A stretch of DNA of 62,900 nt, counting the filler, from Albugo candida (lineage: Eukaryota): NCBI GenBank assembly GCA_040437565.1. It is 49 parts of 49 records of this genome, joined end to end, with 100 filler letters (N's around TTAATTAATTAA, not from the genome) between each part and the next. Parts side by side here need not be neighbours in the genome. Positions count along the whole stretch, not along the records: positions 10,564 to 11,778 come from JBDOQK010000610.1; positions 11,879 to 13,092 come from JBDOQK010000611.1; positions 13,193 to 14,404 come from JBDOQK010000612.1; positions 14,505 to 15,716 come from JBDOQK010000613.1; positions 15,817 to 17,023 come from JBDOQK010000614.1; positions 17,124 to 18,328 come from JBDOQK010000615.1; positions 18,429 to 19,631 come from JBDOQK010000616.1; positions 19,732 to 20,933 come from JBDOQK010000617.1; 41 more parts are not named here. One strand, 5' to 3'. A model generated the notes under the pieces. The model was not told the DNA's origin. It ran no database searches and saw only the letters and a list, made by a program, of their open reading frames with translations. This document shows positions 10,565 to 20,933 of the stretch, piece by piece. How positions within the stretch are numbered: position 1 is the stretch's first letter; every line of letters begins with the position of its first letter. The translations under genes were made by a program, and so were the position numbers.

Positions 10565-11665
10565 GCAATTCCAACAATCAATGGACATGGACACTTAGTG
10601 TATAAGACCGAAAAAGGATATGATCCACTTTGTGTATTTAAGGCAGGAGTTGATACAACAGCATATTCCGCTATTGTAAATGGTACCCGTATGTGCCCAG
10701 GATACGAGCTGTCAACCGGACCAACAACAAATGTCAACAATTACGACAAGTGCATGAAAGCTAAATACAAGTATGCCACGCTTGCAGAGTTTATCCGTAA
10801 AAATCAAGTGGTAGAACCGGGGGCGTCACCTATAAACGGATACACATTACCAGACCAAATGGCGCCTGTCGTGGTCAACAAGACTCTCTTATTTGGAAAC
10901 GACCTTGGTCACGAAGGTCCATGCTCTGTCATGTGCGACGAAAAACAAGTAGTATACGAATTGAATTGTCATTTCATTTTTACCGGTAAACCTGCAGTGA
11001 TTCCGATCGATTTTGATATATGTAGCAAAGCAAAAAAGGTGTGGTTCTATTGGGTGGCAATGCACGGGCCGAGCTGGCAAGTGTACACAAATGCATTTCC
11101 AGTAAAGTCAAGCTCTTCAAAGAATAAGGAGTCTACTGAGGGAAGTAATGAGTATTCTGATTCAAGTAAAACAAACGGTAATGAAGGAACCCAGCTTGAC
11201 ACAAAAGAAGTCGACACACCAAATACTGATACCAAACCAGCGCCTGAGACCACACCACCGTCTGAGACTAAACCAGCGCCTGAGACCACATCGCCGCCTG
11301 AGACCACACCACCGCCTGAGACCACACCACCGCCTGAGACTACAACACAGCCTGAGACTGCAACAAAGCCTGAGACTACAACAAAGCCTGATACTACAAC
11401 AAAGCCTGAGACTACAACAAAGCCTGAGACTGCAACAAAGCCTGAGACTGCAACAAAGCCTGAGACTGCAACAAAGCCTGATACCACCGCAAAACTTGAA
11501 GAAGAAAGCACTTCAAAAGGTGCGGGAGAAGTATACCCAGCTGGTGACAAAGGGAATGAAGAGGAGAGTACCACGGATAACTCCGGAGGTAGTGACTCCA
11601 CTGAAAAGAATACAAACCAGCAAGAGACTGCAAGCCAGAAGTCAAAATGTACTCTGCGCACGTAA
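10565..11665 (+). CDS. Secreted oomycete lytic polysaccharide monooxygenase, AA17-like, with Pro/Thr/Glu-rich tail; signal peptide truncated
   Basis: The frame is open from the contig start: AIPTING|HGHL puts His1 at 10586. Family motifs GHEGPCSVMCD and FYWVAMHGPSWQVY. 18-bp PETTTK/PETATK repeats at ~11240-11490. Confidence 0.8.
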   Translation, partial: AIPTINGHGHLVYKTEKGYDPLCVFKAGVDTTAYSAIVNGTRMCPGYELSTGPTTNVNNYDKCMKAKYKYATLAEFIRKNQVVEPGASPINGYTLPDQMAPVVVNKTLLFGNDLGHEGPCSVMCDEKQVVYELNCHFIFTGKPAVIPIDFDICSKAKKVWFYWVAMHGPSWQVYTNAFPVKSSSSKNKESTEGSNEYSDSSKTNGNEGTQLDTKEVDTPNTDTKPAPETTPPSETKPAPETTSPPETTPPPETTPPPETTTQPETATKPETTTKPDTTTKPETTTKPETATKPETATKPETATKPDTTAKLEEESTSKGAGEVYPAGDKGNEEESTTDNSGGSDSTEKNTNQQETASQKSKCTLRT

Positions 11666-13192
11666 AATTTACACACATACTGCATCCCCATTTCTTTCTT
11701 TGATAGTAATCTACCCGGCTTTATCTACTACAAATATAGCAATAATTACTGTGCGTTCACCGTGCACATGCACTCGAANNNNNNNNNNNNNNNNNNNNNN
11801 NNNNNNNNNNNNNNNNNNNNNNTTAATTAATTAANNNNNNNNNNNNNNNNNNNNNNNNNNNNNNNNNNNNNNNNNNNNTAACACGACCCGATATGCATTA
11901 TTTCAAGATAAAAAAAAAAAAAATAGCTTCAGAGTCCGATGACATCCACGTACGATATGCATCAAATGTACCCTTTTTTTTTTACGTATGTATGTGCTTA
12001 CATTAAATTCAAAGATGCTCAGAAAACAAGAGTCCTATTGAACTCATAGACTCTTCAGTTCATGAGTTTTTGAGCTCTAGAGATCTTGAGTTTTTGGGGG
12101 CCAAAGCGTGTTTTGTCTAAAACAATCTCTTTGGCGAAAAAAAATTTTTTTTTATTTAGCTGGACAGATTTGAGTTTGGTGCAATGAAATATATCCATAA
12201 ATAAACTTTTTGTATACCCAAATCACTTTTTTCAGTATTTATAATACACTACTACTAGATACCAGTATTACGATACTATTTTTTTTTTGTTTTAATTATT
12301 TATCTTGACAGGACAATAAGTAAAGGTGAGCACTAGTACGATCATTAATAGTACTAATAAATGAGGTAGAAAAAAACTTTTTTTTTACGTGCCTGCTCAT
12401 TTACATTTATAGGTATACTACATTAACTCGAGTGACAAAAAAATAAGAAGGAGTTGTTATAGTGTGACCGTAAAATATGTAACCAGAGTAAAAATAAACT
12501 TTTCGCCCTGTCCTCTCGATATGTTGCAATATCCGTTAAACATATAATAAACAGCATTATGTTTTTGGGAGTTTATCTGCATTTTTTTTTCTGGACTCAC
12601 AACAATCTATATAATATCAGAAAATTGGATATATACAAGTTGTATTGCATGACCATCAATGATAAACCCAATGTCATTGATACACTAGTAATAGTTCCTT
12701 CTGCTACTATCTCAATTTATTATATTATAAGAAGCTATATCATCATCATTCTGAAGATACATGACAGCAGCAGTTTTTATCAAGAAGAAAAGGAATGCCA
12801 TGAATTTATTAATATATATATAATATATGAACGTAATAATGCAATGTTTGTTGTTGTATTGGGTGAAAAAATATTTTTCAAAGAATGGAAAGTTTTTTTT
12901 TAAAAGAGAAAAAATTATATTGAATACCATATTTAAATAAGCTTAATAATTAAGGACATAAGGGCAGTGTCGCTTTCTGTTTTTTCCACTTTTAATATAT
13001 TGAAAAATTGCTTGAAGACTCCCTCCCTTCTTTTTGAATTGTTGTACATTGTCGTTATTTTGACTGCATTTTTTAAGAATCATTTTGACAGGNNNNNNNN
13101 NNNNNNNNNNNNNNNNNNNNNNNNNNNNNNNNNNNNTTAATTAATTAANNNNNNNNNNNNNNNNNNNNNNNNNNNNNNNNNNNNNNNNNNNN

Positions 13193-14404
13193 TAAACTAA
13201 ATAATATGATATCTAACTGGTATGAAGCCATTTATTGCTACTCATTTGACATTACCTATTGTGCCGGAGTAAAGAACATCCTTAGTGATCATCTTTCTCG
13301 TTTATTCATTGACATTCCAAAACTGGAGGAGGGTAATATTATCACTAAAGAAAAAGAAAAAATGAAATTTAAACCTACCACTAAAGTAAAGAAAAATATT
13401 AAACAGTCACCTCACACAAACAAAAGCTATAATCAAGCACTACTACGTGCAGCAACTATCATACTTGACAAAGCATCTAAAAAGAATAAAACAGTCATAC
13501 CTAGAAAAATGACATTACGTCCAAGAAAGACGAGGCAAACTTTTACTGAAAATGAAATAAATAAATTATCATCATCTCAAACCGAAATAAAGAGCCAGAG
13601 TACTACTGAATCGCATAATACCGAACAGCATAGTCAGATGGAAACCGGTACTATTATAAATAAAAGTAAAAATGAAAACATATCAAATACAAAGGATACA
13701 AACAATAAAAATAATAAAACTGTCAGACTCATAGAAGAAAACAATAATGACACACCTAACAATACAAACAATAATAATAATCAAATTGTCAGACTCATAG
13801 AAGAAAACAATAATGACATATCTAATACAAATAATAAAAACAACCAAACTGTCAGACTCATAGAAGAAAACAACAATGACATATCTATTACCAAAGAACC
13901 TGTAACACAAGTGTCCCCCATTGAGGAAGCAAACAACGAAATTGATATAAATGAACAATTATTAAATGAAAGAGAAAATAAATATATTATTCCTAAACAA
14001 GAAGAAATCCCTAACTTATTATTAACTACCCATTTACTGGGACATTATGGTATAAACTCAATGGAAACCACTTTACACAATGATAATTACAAATGGCCCA
14101 ATATGCGCAAAGACATATCTAAATTCCTCATACAATGCCAAAAATGCAGACTATTTAACAAAAAGCATACTATTTACCATCCACCTCAGAGTATCGCACC
14201 TGACGGTATATTCGATCACATAGTAATGGATCTTGGAAGTTTCAATATTACAACTCCTCGTGGCAATAACTTTATATTAGTAATGGTAGATCTATTCTCC
14301 AGATTTGTTATCCTACGAGCACTACCAAACAAATTAGCTATCACTATAGCAAAAGAACTATTAGACATATTTTTAACATTCGGCTTCGCAAAAGTAGTAA
14401 GCAC
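13193..14404 (+). mobile_element. Ty3/gypsy pol fragment: RNase H end, long Asn-rich linker, integrase HHCC and core start
   Basis: YSFDITYCAGVKNILSDHLSR; HLLGHYG...CQKC; FDHIVMDL, ILVMVDLFSRFVILRAL. Confidence 0.92.
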
Positions 14405-14635
14405 NNNNNNNNNNNNNNNNNNNNNNNNNNNNNNNNNNNNNNNNNNNNTTAATTAATTAANNNNNNNNNNNNNNNNNNNNNNNNNNNNNNNNNNNNNNNN
14501 NNNNCTATTATTTACGGTATTGGAGTTGCGGTTTATGATTGCAGAAGAATGGCTACGGTTTGCTCGCAAATAGCCCTATTCACGGTCACCTTCAACAATG
14601 AAAACGCCAAGGTCTATGTAATGCTGTTGGGTTGT

Positions 14636-14844
14636 TGTATCTTCTTGGATTAGGTGTATCTTCTTGGATCAGGTGTGTCTTCTTGGATCAGGTGTGTCTT
14701 CCTGGATTAGGTGTATCTTCTTGGATTAGTTGTCTCTTCCTGGATTAGGTGTATCTTCTTGGATTAGGTGTGTCTTCCTGGATTAGATGTGTCTTTTTGG
14801 AAGAGGAGTACCTTTTTGGAAGAGGTGTATCTTCTTGGATTAGG
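14636..14844. repeat. 19-bp minisatellite, 11 copies (TGTATCTTCTTGGATTAGG)
   Basis: Units in register from 14636 to 14844; copies 9-10 are diverged. Confidence 0.93.
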
Positions 14845-15640
14845 TTTGCCTTTAAACAAAGAGAATCAAAAGAAGAACAAGATTCAACTCCATCAGGTAG
14901 CACAGAAGGCAGTTCGCTAAGCATAGCAGCCCACCTAACAGAAGAAATGGAAGAGTTTTTGAAGAAAAATATTCAACTTCCGGAGACCGATCATAAATAT
15001 TTTATAGATGATATTGATGTCTCTCTCTTGTTCAATAACTACCAAAAAGAGGTATATATTAATGCTAAAAGAGAATCATTCTCTTTTAAAGAAAACTATC
15101 GTGAATTACTCTCCCTTTCATCGATTCTACTCCTTGAAAATGACAGTACCAATGATAATCTTTTTTTTAATACATTTGGCCAAAACAATTTGCAAAAAAT
15201 CATTCGCCATATAAAAGACAACGACCTGGCCATTGATAATAATCAGTTTCCTTTTGAAAAGATGTACCCTGTACTCACAATTGTACAGCAGGTGCTCACA
15301 AAGTCTATGACAAGAGAGGAGGGATGCTTGAATATAATAAATATTGGTATCAAGGTCGAAGGAACGCACAAGGCAATTGTCAAGTTTTTGAGAATCATGC
15401 TCGAGTTCTTTCCTTTGAATGACTTTTGCAGCGATATCATTAAAGAAGATGACCTGAAAAGCCGTTATATTTTGCCAATGTTACAGTCATTGTTCGATGA
15501 TTGGGACGATGAAGAAAATACTGTTTTTTTAAAAAAATAACCAACGTAAACAACGAAGAATGCAAGCCTCCAACAGCAGTACCATCACTACTGAAGAAAC
15601 CGACTTGATGCAATTAGAAAAATCAAGAAGAATCGTAAAG
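14845..15640 (+). pseudogene. Fragment of a Mucorales-type multicopy hypothetical protein (possibly PD-(D/E)XK nuclease-like), broken near 15535
   Basis: IDDIDVSLLF...ELLSLSSILLL...EDDLKSRYILPMLQSLFDD is a pattern I recognise from lineage-expanded Mucorales proteins. The frame is lost at a T/A homopolymer. Confidence 0.45.
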
Positions 15641-15816
15641 TTGATTGAGCTCAAGCATGATTTTACAAAATACCAAGATTTGGTTCTTTTACCTCTACGT
15701 TAATTTAATCCAAGAANNNNNNNNNNNNNNNNNNNNNNNNNNNNNNNNNNNNNNNNNNNNTTAATTAATTAANNNNNNNNNNNNNNNNNNNNNNNNNNNN
15801 NNNNNNNNNNNNNNNN

Positions 15817-16310
15817 CACTACGGCGAAAAAAGTGTGCAATAATTCTGCACATGTACGCAAAACTAATGAACATTCTATACTCATGAAATGTGCAGAAAA
15901 GAGACTCTTATTTTTTTTTTCTGCACAAATGCGCAAAATTTATGAACATTCTATAGTCATGAAATGTGCAGATTTTGACTGTATAATTTTTTTTCTGCTG
16001 AACAAATGCGCATGCTTTATGAACATTCTATAGTCATGAAATGTGCAAGGTTTATGTGTATATTTTTTTTTATGCTGCACAAATGCGCATGCTTTATGAA
16101 CATTCTATAGTCATGAAATGTGCACAGTTCGACTGTTTAATTTTCGTGCACTGCACAAATGCGCATGCTTCATGAACATTCTATAGTCATGAAATGTGCA
16201 GGGTTTATGCGTATATTTCTTTTATGCTGCACAAATGCGCATGCTTTATGAACATTCTATAGTCATGAAATGTGCGGAAAACATGCATATATTTTACTGA
16301 TCTGCACATT
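15817..16310 (+). mobile_element. CACTA (En/Spm) transposon terminus with subterminal repeat array
   Basis: The contig starts exactly at CACTACGGCGAAAAAA. Six ~51-bp repeats (CTGCACA...TGTGCAG) start at 15846, 15921, 15998, 16075, 16151 and 16227, with a partial seventh at 16302. Confidence 0.75.
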
Positions 16311-17276
16311 TTTAAATTCAAATTAGGGTTTTAATACAGCTACGTCCTTTTATTGAAAAAATAATATATAATAGGGAATAGAGATAACATAAAAAAGTGC
16401 AAACTAACAACTTTTTGAAAAAAAAAGCTGACTTTGACTTACCTCTCGCAGTAGGCAACTGTATAGACCAGCAAAATTAAAAGAGACGTAAAAGAAAAGA
16501 TCTATTAGTGTTTCGAAGAGCTAACAACACATTAGTTAACACACTTATTGTAAAAATATCATAAATAGTACCGTTTGTCTTAAGCAAAAGCTATAAAAGA
16601 AGCGCATTTACGATTTTTGACGTAATATTAGCGAGAGAAAAAAAACTACAAAATAGCGCCTCGGGTTAATTAGAAAAGAGATTAGTATATTCTTTACTGA
16701 AAAACGAGAGGTTATGTATACCAAGTAAAGCTATTAGTTATACGTACATTTTTGTATAGGAAAGACTTTTTCAAAAGCTACAACTACACATTCAAAAGTT
16801 AAAATTAGTTTTGATTATGGAGATTGAACAAAAAATAAAAAGTTCAAACATGTATTGTTTTACCTTTTGAAAATGCGTAAATGAAAGCGATTATTTATGA
16901 AGGCAGTGACAACTGTTATAGCTTGTTAGTGAAATAGTTGTAGTTCCATAGTGATTCCTAAAAAACTGAATGGTTAAAAGAGGTAGAAAAAATTAAATGG
17001 TTAAAAGAGAAAAGGAAAAAAAANNNNNNNNNNNNNNNNNNNNNNNNNNNNNNNNNNNNNNNNNNNNTTAATTAATTAANNNNNNNNNNNNNNNNNNNNN
17101 NNNNNNNNNNNNNNNNNNNNNNNAATAGTTGTGATAAAGTGAATACCATCTTCGCCAAACTCTACTATTCTGCTTTGTAAGTCTATATTTTCACTGGTAT
17201 TCAAATGGTGGACTAGGTTGGGAATAATTCTTTTCAAGTCAAGCTCGAGCCTTATATTTTCACTTTCATTTTCACC

Positions 17277-18328
17277 TTAAAGGAGCACCCTTTTCCACCT
17301 TAACAAAATTTTGCCTGTTATCTGAATGAATACGTTTGAACCATGTAAAATTTTTGTAAAAGTATTGTTGATACGAGCTTCGGCGACTCTTCTCTGTCTC
17401 TGGCTGATTTCTATTTGTGTAAGATTATTGAATTGCATCATTAACATATTTCTGCCTCTACGTGCCAAAACTTCAGAGACCAATATTTCATTCGTCATCC
17501 AATCGTCCCCGGTTACACCTTCAGGAGCATTGTTAACCAGCAAGTGATACAAAGGATGTATTGCACGAGCAGAACCTATAAAATTACACCGTTGTTAGCT
17601 AAATAAAACCAAGTATAAAAAATGCACTAGACTTACCGACTGCTCTTCTTCTGCTAGACGCATGAAAGGAAGCACCGCGGTTCAGACGTAAAGCCCATTC
17701 ATTCCACTGGTCAAAATTATGCCTTGCAATATGTGTGTGTATGTTAGGGATGTTCATTCGGTATAATCTTCTTACTTGCGTTTGTCTTTCTATTGAATTA
17801 GGCTCCCCTTCTGCGTATCCAATGTTATTTATACGATTTAAAACACTTTGACTAATTTGCTGGTTTCTTCTGTTTTCAATTTCAGGCACCCGTATTCTTT
17901 GTCTTCTTTGTTGGAGATAGATTTGCAACATATTGTTGTAAATAGTCTTTTGTTGAGCTAGCTGTTCGTAAAAAACTTGCATTTCAGCATCTAAATTACA
18001 ACCAGGACGTAACAAGTTCATAGAAGCTTCAACTATTTGTAAACGGCTCCATCTTGGGTTCATAAGACACACCTGGCGTACTATAGATAAAGTCTTCAAG
18101 CTTATTTGGTGTGTGAGATCCATTAGTCGACGCAAATAATTAGGGTTTCTATCAGTATGCTTATCAGCGCCTGGTTCGATGTGTGGTATCACGACTGTGG
18201 TACAATTAGGGTCTGGAAAATTTTCACCAGGATTATTTCTTCGAACCCAATTACGATAGTCATAATTTTGGATTACAGGAATACCGATGTGATTGATATA
18301 GTTACCAGCAGAAGGTAAACCTTGCAAG
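17277..18328 (-). CDS. Fungal hypothetical protein, partial, one probable intron (~17578-17636)
   Basis: A 242-aa and a 91-aa ORF are linked by a GTAAGT...CTAAC...TAG intron. No recognisable domain. Confidence 0.55.
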
Positions 18329-18661
18329 NNNNNNNNNNNNNNNNNNNNNNNNNNNNNNNNNNNNNNNNNNNNTTAATTAATTAANNNNNNNNNNNNNNNN
18401 NNNNNNNNNNNNNNNNNNNNNNNNNNNNAACTATTAACCAGAGATGTTTTTTTTAAAATGGTTCAAGTTATTAACTTGCTACTGTCAATTTATTATTAGT
18501 GAATGACAATAATCAGAGAAGTCAAATTAATAAAAAAAAAAAGCAAGCATATAAATTTTTAAATTTTTTTTTGTTTTTATTTATTTACAGAGTTAAAATA
18601 TAAAAAAAAAAGAAGTAATCAAGAGTGAAGAAGAAAAAGAGAAAGAGACTTAGTATAGAAG

Positions 18662-19213
18662 TCAACATTTGCCATAATTGTCCTTAGACTTGACCATTGA
18701 ACCTCCACGACCTTTGCACCATCCTTCCATATCTCCCCACTTCCAGCCATTATTGTAACCACTATCATAATAACAAAAGTTTCCAGAAGAGCCTTTCTTG
18801 ACACAGTACCAGTCAGTCTTGCCATCGTTCCAAGTTCTCTTGTGGTGGTCCTTGTGGTCCTTGTCGTGATCCCACTTGTCATGGTCCCAGTCCTTATCGT
18901 GATCCCAGTCTTTATCGTGGTCCCAGTGCTTGTCATCGTGATCCCAGTGCTTGTCGTCGTGATCCCAGTGCTTACCATGGTCCCAGTCGTTATCATCACC
19001 TCTCTTGACATGATGGCCGCCCTTACGATGATTGTTATGACCCTTATTACGATGATTGTTATGACCGTTGCGATGACCGTTGCGATGTCCGTTGCGGTGT
19101 CCATTACGATGACCATTATTGTGATGTTTATTACCTCGTTCTTCAAGAGGAGCAGCAGTTACAAAGTAGCAGAGACAAGCAACGATTAAGAGGAAAGTAA
19201 TAGTAAGCTTCAT
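18662..19213 (-). CDS. Secreted Kex2-processed repeat precursor, 183 aa (His/Asn/Arg-rich, Trp/Asp/His-rich and 4-Cys modules)
   Basis: Signal peptide MKLTITFLLIVACLCYFVTA, propeptide APLEER, two internal KR sites, NGHR and WDHD(D)K repeats. Complete and intronless. Confidence 0.88.
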   Translation of the reverse strand: MKLTITFLLIVACLCYFVTAAPLEERGNKHHNNGHRNGHRNGHRNGHRNGHNNHRNKGHNNHRKGGHHVKRGDDNDWDHGKHWDHDDKHWDHDDKHWDHDKDWDHDKDWDHDKWDHDKDHKDHHKRTWNDGKTDWYCVKKGSSGNFCYYDSGYNNGWKWGDMEGWCKGRGGSMVKSKDNYGKC

Positions 19214-19292
19214 ATTGTATTTGAAAGTTTTAGTTGTAATTGAATAGTATTGTTTGAATAATAATGTAAATTTCGTCCTCAATTTGAAGCGA

Positions 19293-19300
19293 TATTTATA
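19293..19300 (-). promoter_or_regulatory. TATA box (TATAAATA) upstream of the secreted repeat gene
   Basis: Consensus match 80 bp upstream of the ATG at 19213. Confidence 0.55.
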
Positions 19301-19777
19301 TTAAAATAATACACCTACACAGCCAGAGAGTTTCATTACAATGAACTTTCTACAACTTCCAAGATATGTTGCATAACAGACAATGAGAGAAAATAACTCT
19401 ATTCTAAAAAAAATAATAAAATAAAAATAGATTTATCCTGTAACATATCCAATCAATGTAATAATTTTAAAATAGAGTGGCAGTTGGTAAATTTACAAAC
19501 CATGCTGTTTTTTTATACGTATATTATTTACTACATTTGCGAATACGAAATATCATTATAACTTACTATCCTATTATGCACGTTTAAGGTATAGCTTTTG
19601 TTGAAAACAGAATACAAAATCATTGTATTTGNNNNNNNNNNNNNNNNNNNNNNNNNNNNNNNNNNNNNNNNNNNNTTAATTAATTAANNNNNNNNNNNNN
19701 NNNNNNNNNNNNNNNNNNNNNNNNNNNNNNNTTATTTAAAATATAATGTAAAAAAGTTTGCATTAAAGCTGTTGATT

Positions 19778-20590
19778 TTACTCACTTTCGTCCGTCAACT
19801 CGTCATATTCATCGTCTTTCTCAACATCTTGAAGAACATCTCCAAATTGGGGAGGAGGGCCATCTTTAGCGAAAGCAGCTAAAGTTTTAAGCTTAAAGTC
19901 TGGCTTATATTTGGCTTCAAAGGGGAAAATGGGAAGAAAGCTGACAAGAAGAGCAGCGAAAAAAACAAGAGAATCGTAAAGATTATTCTTTACCACGACC
20001 CAACGAAGCGAACAGAACTTTTTTACCACGTCTTGAGTGGGTGACTGGTTTATCAAATAAAGAAGACCTTTACTTTCGAAAAGTGCTCTTGCACCAGGAA
20101 AACGAGCCAATGGTACAACTTCTGGTGCAGTTTCAGCATTTAAAAACTTCTTAAAAGCAATTACTGAAGTTGCTTGTGCATAACATAATTGCATTGCTTG
20201 AGGGATTGTAAACCCTCCAGCCTTTTCTCTTTTCCATTTCACTAATTCCTCGTCAAACAATGCAAAGAGAACTTCACGATGGTTTTTAGCACGTTCTAAA
20301 GCCGACTTTACGTTGGTCTTGAACCGGTTCATTTTGCCGTCAAAGCTTATCTTTTCATTATTGAGTGCAAAATATGTTGCCGAAGCTTGTCTTAATGACT
20401 CTTTTCTATTCGCGTACTTTTGTTGCTGAATGAGGGGTTCTTTTGTTGCTTTTTTTGTTGTTTTTTTAGCTGCTTTTTTAACTGCTTTTTTAGTTGTTTT
20501 TTTAGTTGTTTTTTTAGTTGTTTTTTTAATTGTTTTTTTGGTTGGTTGTTTTGCTGGCTTTCTGTTGTCTTGAGATCTAGTAATTGCCAT
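19778..20590 (-). CDS. Hypothetical protein with histone-H1-like Lys-rich N-terminus and acidic C-terminus (270 aa)
   Basis: MAITRSQ...KKTTKKTTKKAVKKAAKK. Intronless. ATG at 20590. Confidence 0.7.
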   Translation of the reverse strand: MAITRSQDNRKPAKQPTKKTIKKTTKKTTKKTTKKAVKKAAKKTTKKATKEPLIQQQKYANRKESLRQASATYFALNNEKISFDGKMNRFKTNVKSALERAKNHREVLFALFDEELVKWKREKAGGFTIPQAMQLCYAQATSVIAFKKFLNAETAPEVVPLARFPGARALFESKGLLYLINQSPTQDVVKKFCSLRWVVVKNNLYDSLVFFAALLVSFLPIFPFEAKYKPDFKLKTLAAFAKDGPPPQFGDVLQDVEKDDEYDELTDESE

Positions 20591-20710
20591 GATGAATAAA
20601 ATAAAAAATAGTAAAAAGATTGATTTTTTTAAAAAAAGGGGGAAGGGGATTAAGACTTTTTTTTTTTTTTTTAGTTTTATCAAAGTTAAATTTTATTTAA
20701 TTAAACATGT

Positions 20711-20933
20711 CTAACTGTCCATACAACAGCATCTTTTTAATGCATTTTTTAAATCATATAAGTTTATCTGTAAATCCACAAGCGTAATATAGTCATTAAT
20801 AGTTCGCGTGCAGTCAGGAAGCCCCTCGAGATTAGGAATTCCTTTAGTATCAAGTAATTCAGGGTAAAGTATTGATCTTTGTTCAGCCCTTAAACATTTA
20901 AGTTCAAATGCCATTGATCTGAGAGCGAGACGA
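20711..20933 (-). CDS. C-terminus of a hypothetical protein
   Basis: Open from the contig edge and stops 120 bp before the next ORF. Confidence 0.4.

Noticed and set aside
11047-11834. ORFs 11047-11691 (-), 11148-11834 (+) and 11412-11678 (-)
   Set aside because: Shadow frames of the 18-bp repeat in the LPMO tail.
11879-13092. Short AT-rich ORFs here and in 21034-22235, 54252-55403 and 61756-62900
   Set aside because: Low-complexity Phe/Ile/Lys-rich translations without motifs; treated as intergenic or unassignable.
15846-16310. True CRISPR array
   Set aside because: Repeats are longer than the spacers, spacers are T-rich and related to each other, there are no cas genes, and the array abuts a CACTA end in eukaryotic-like DNA.
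18619-19282. ORFs 18619-19146 (-), 18842-19189 (+) and the longer start at 19282
   Set aside because: Shadow frames. The signal peptide and TATA position favour the ATG at 19213.
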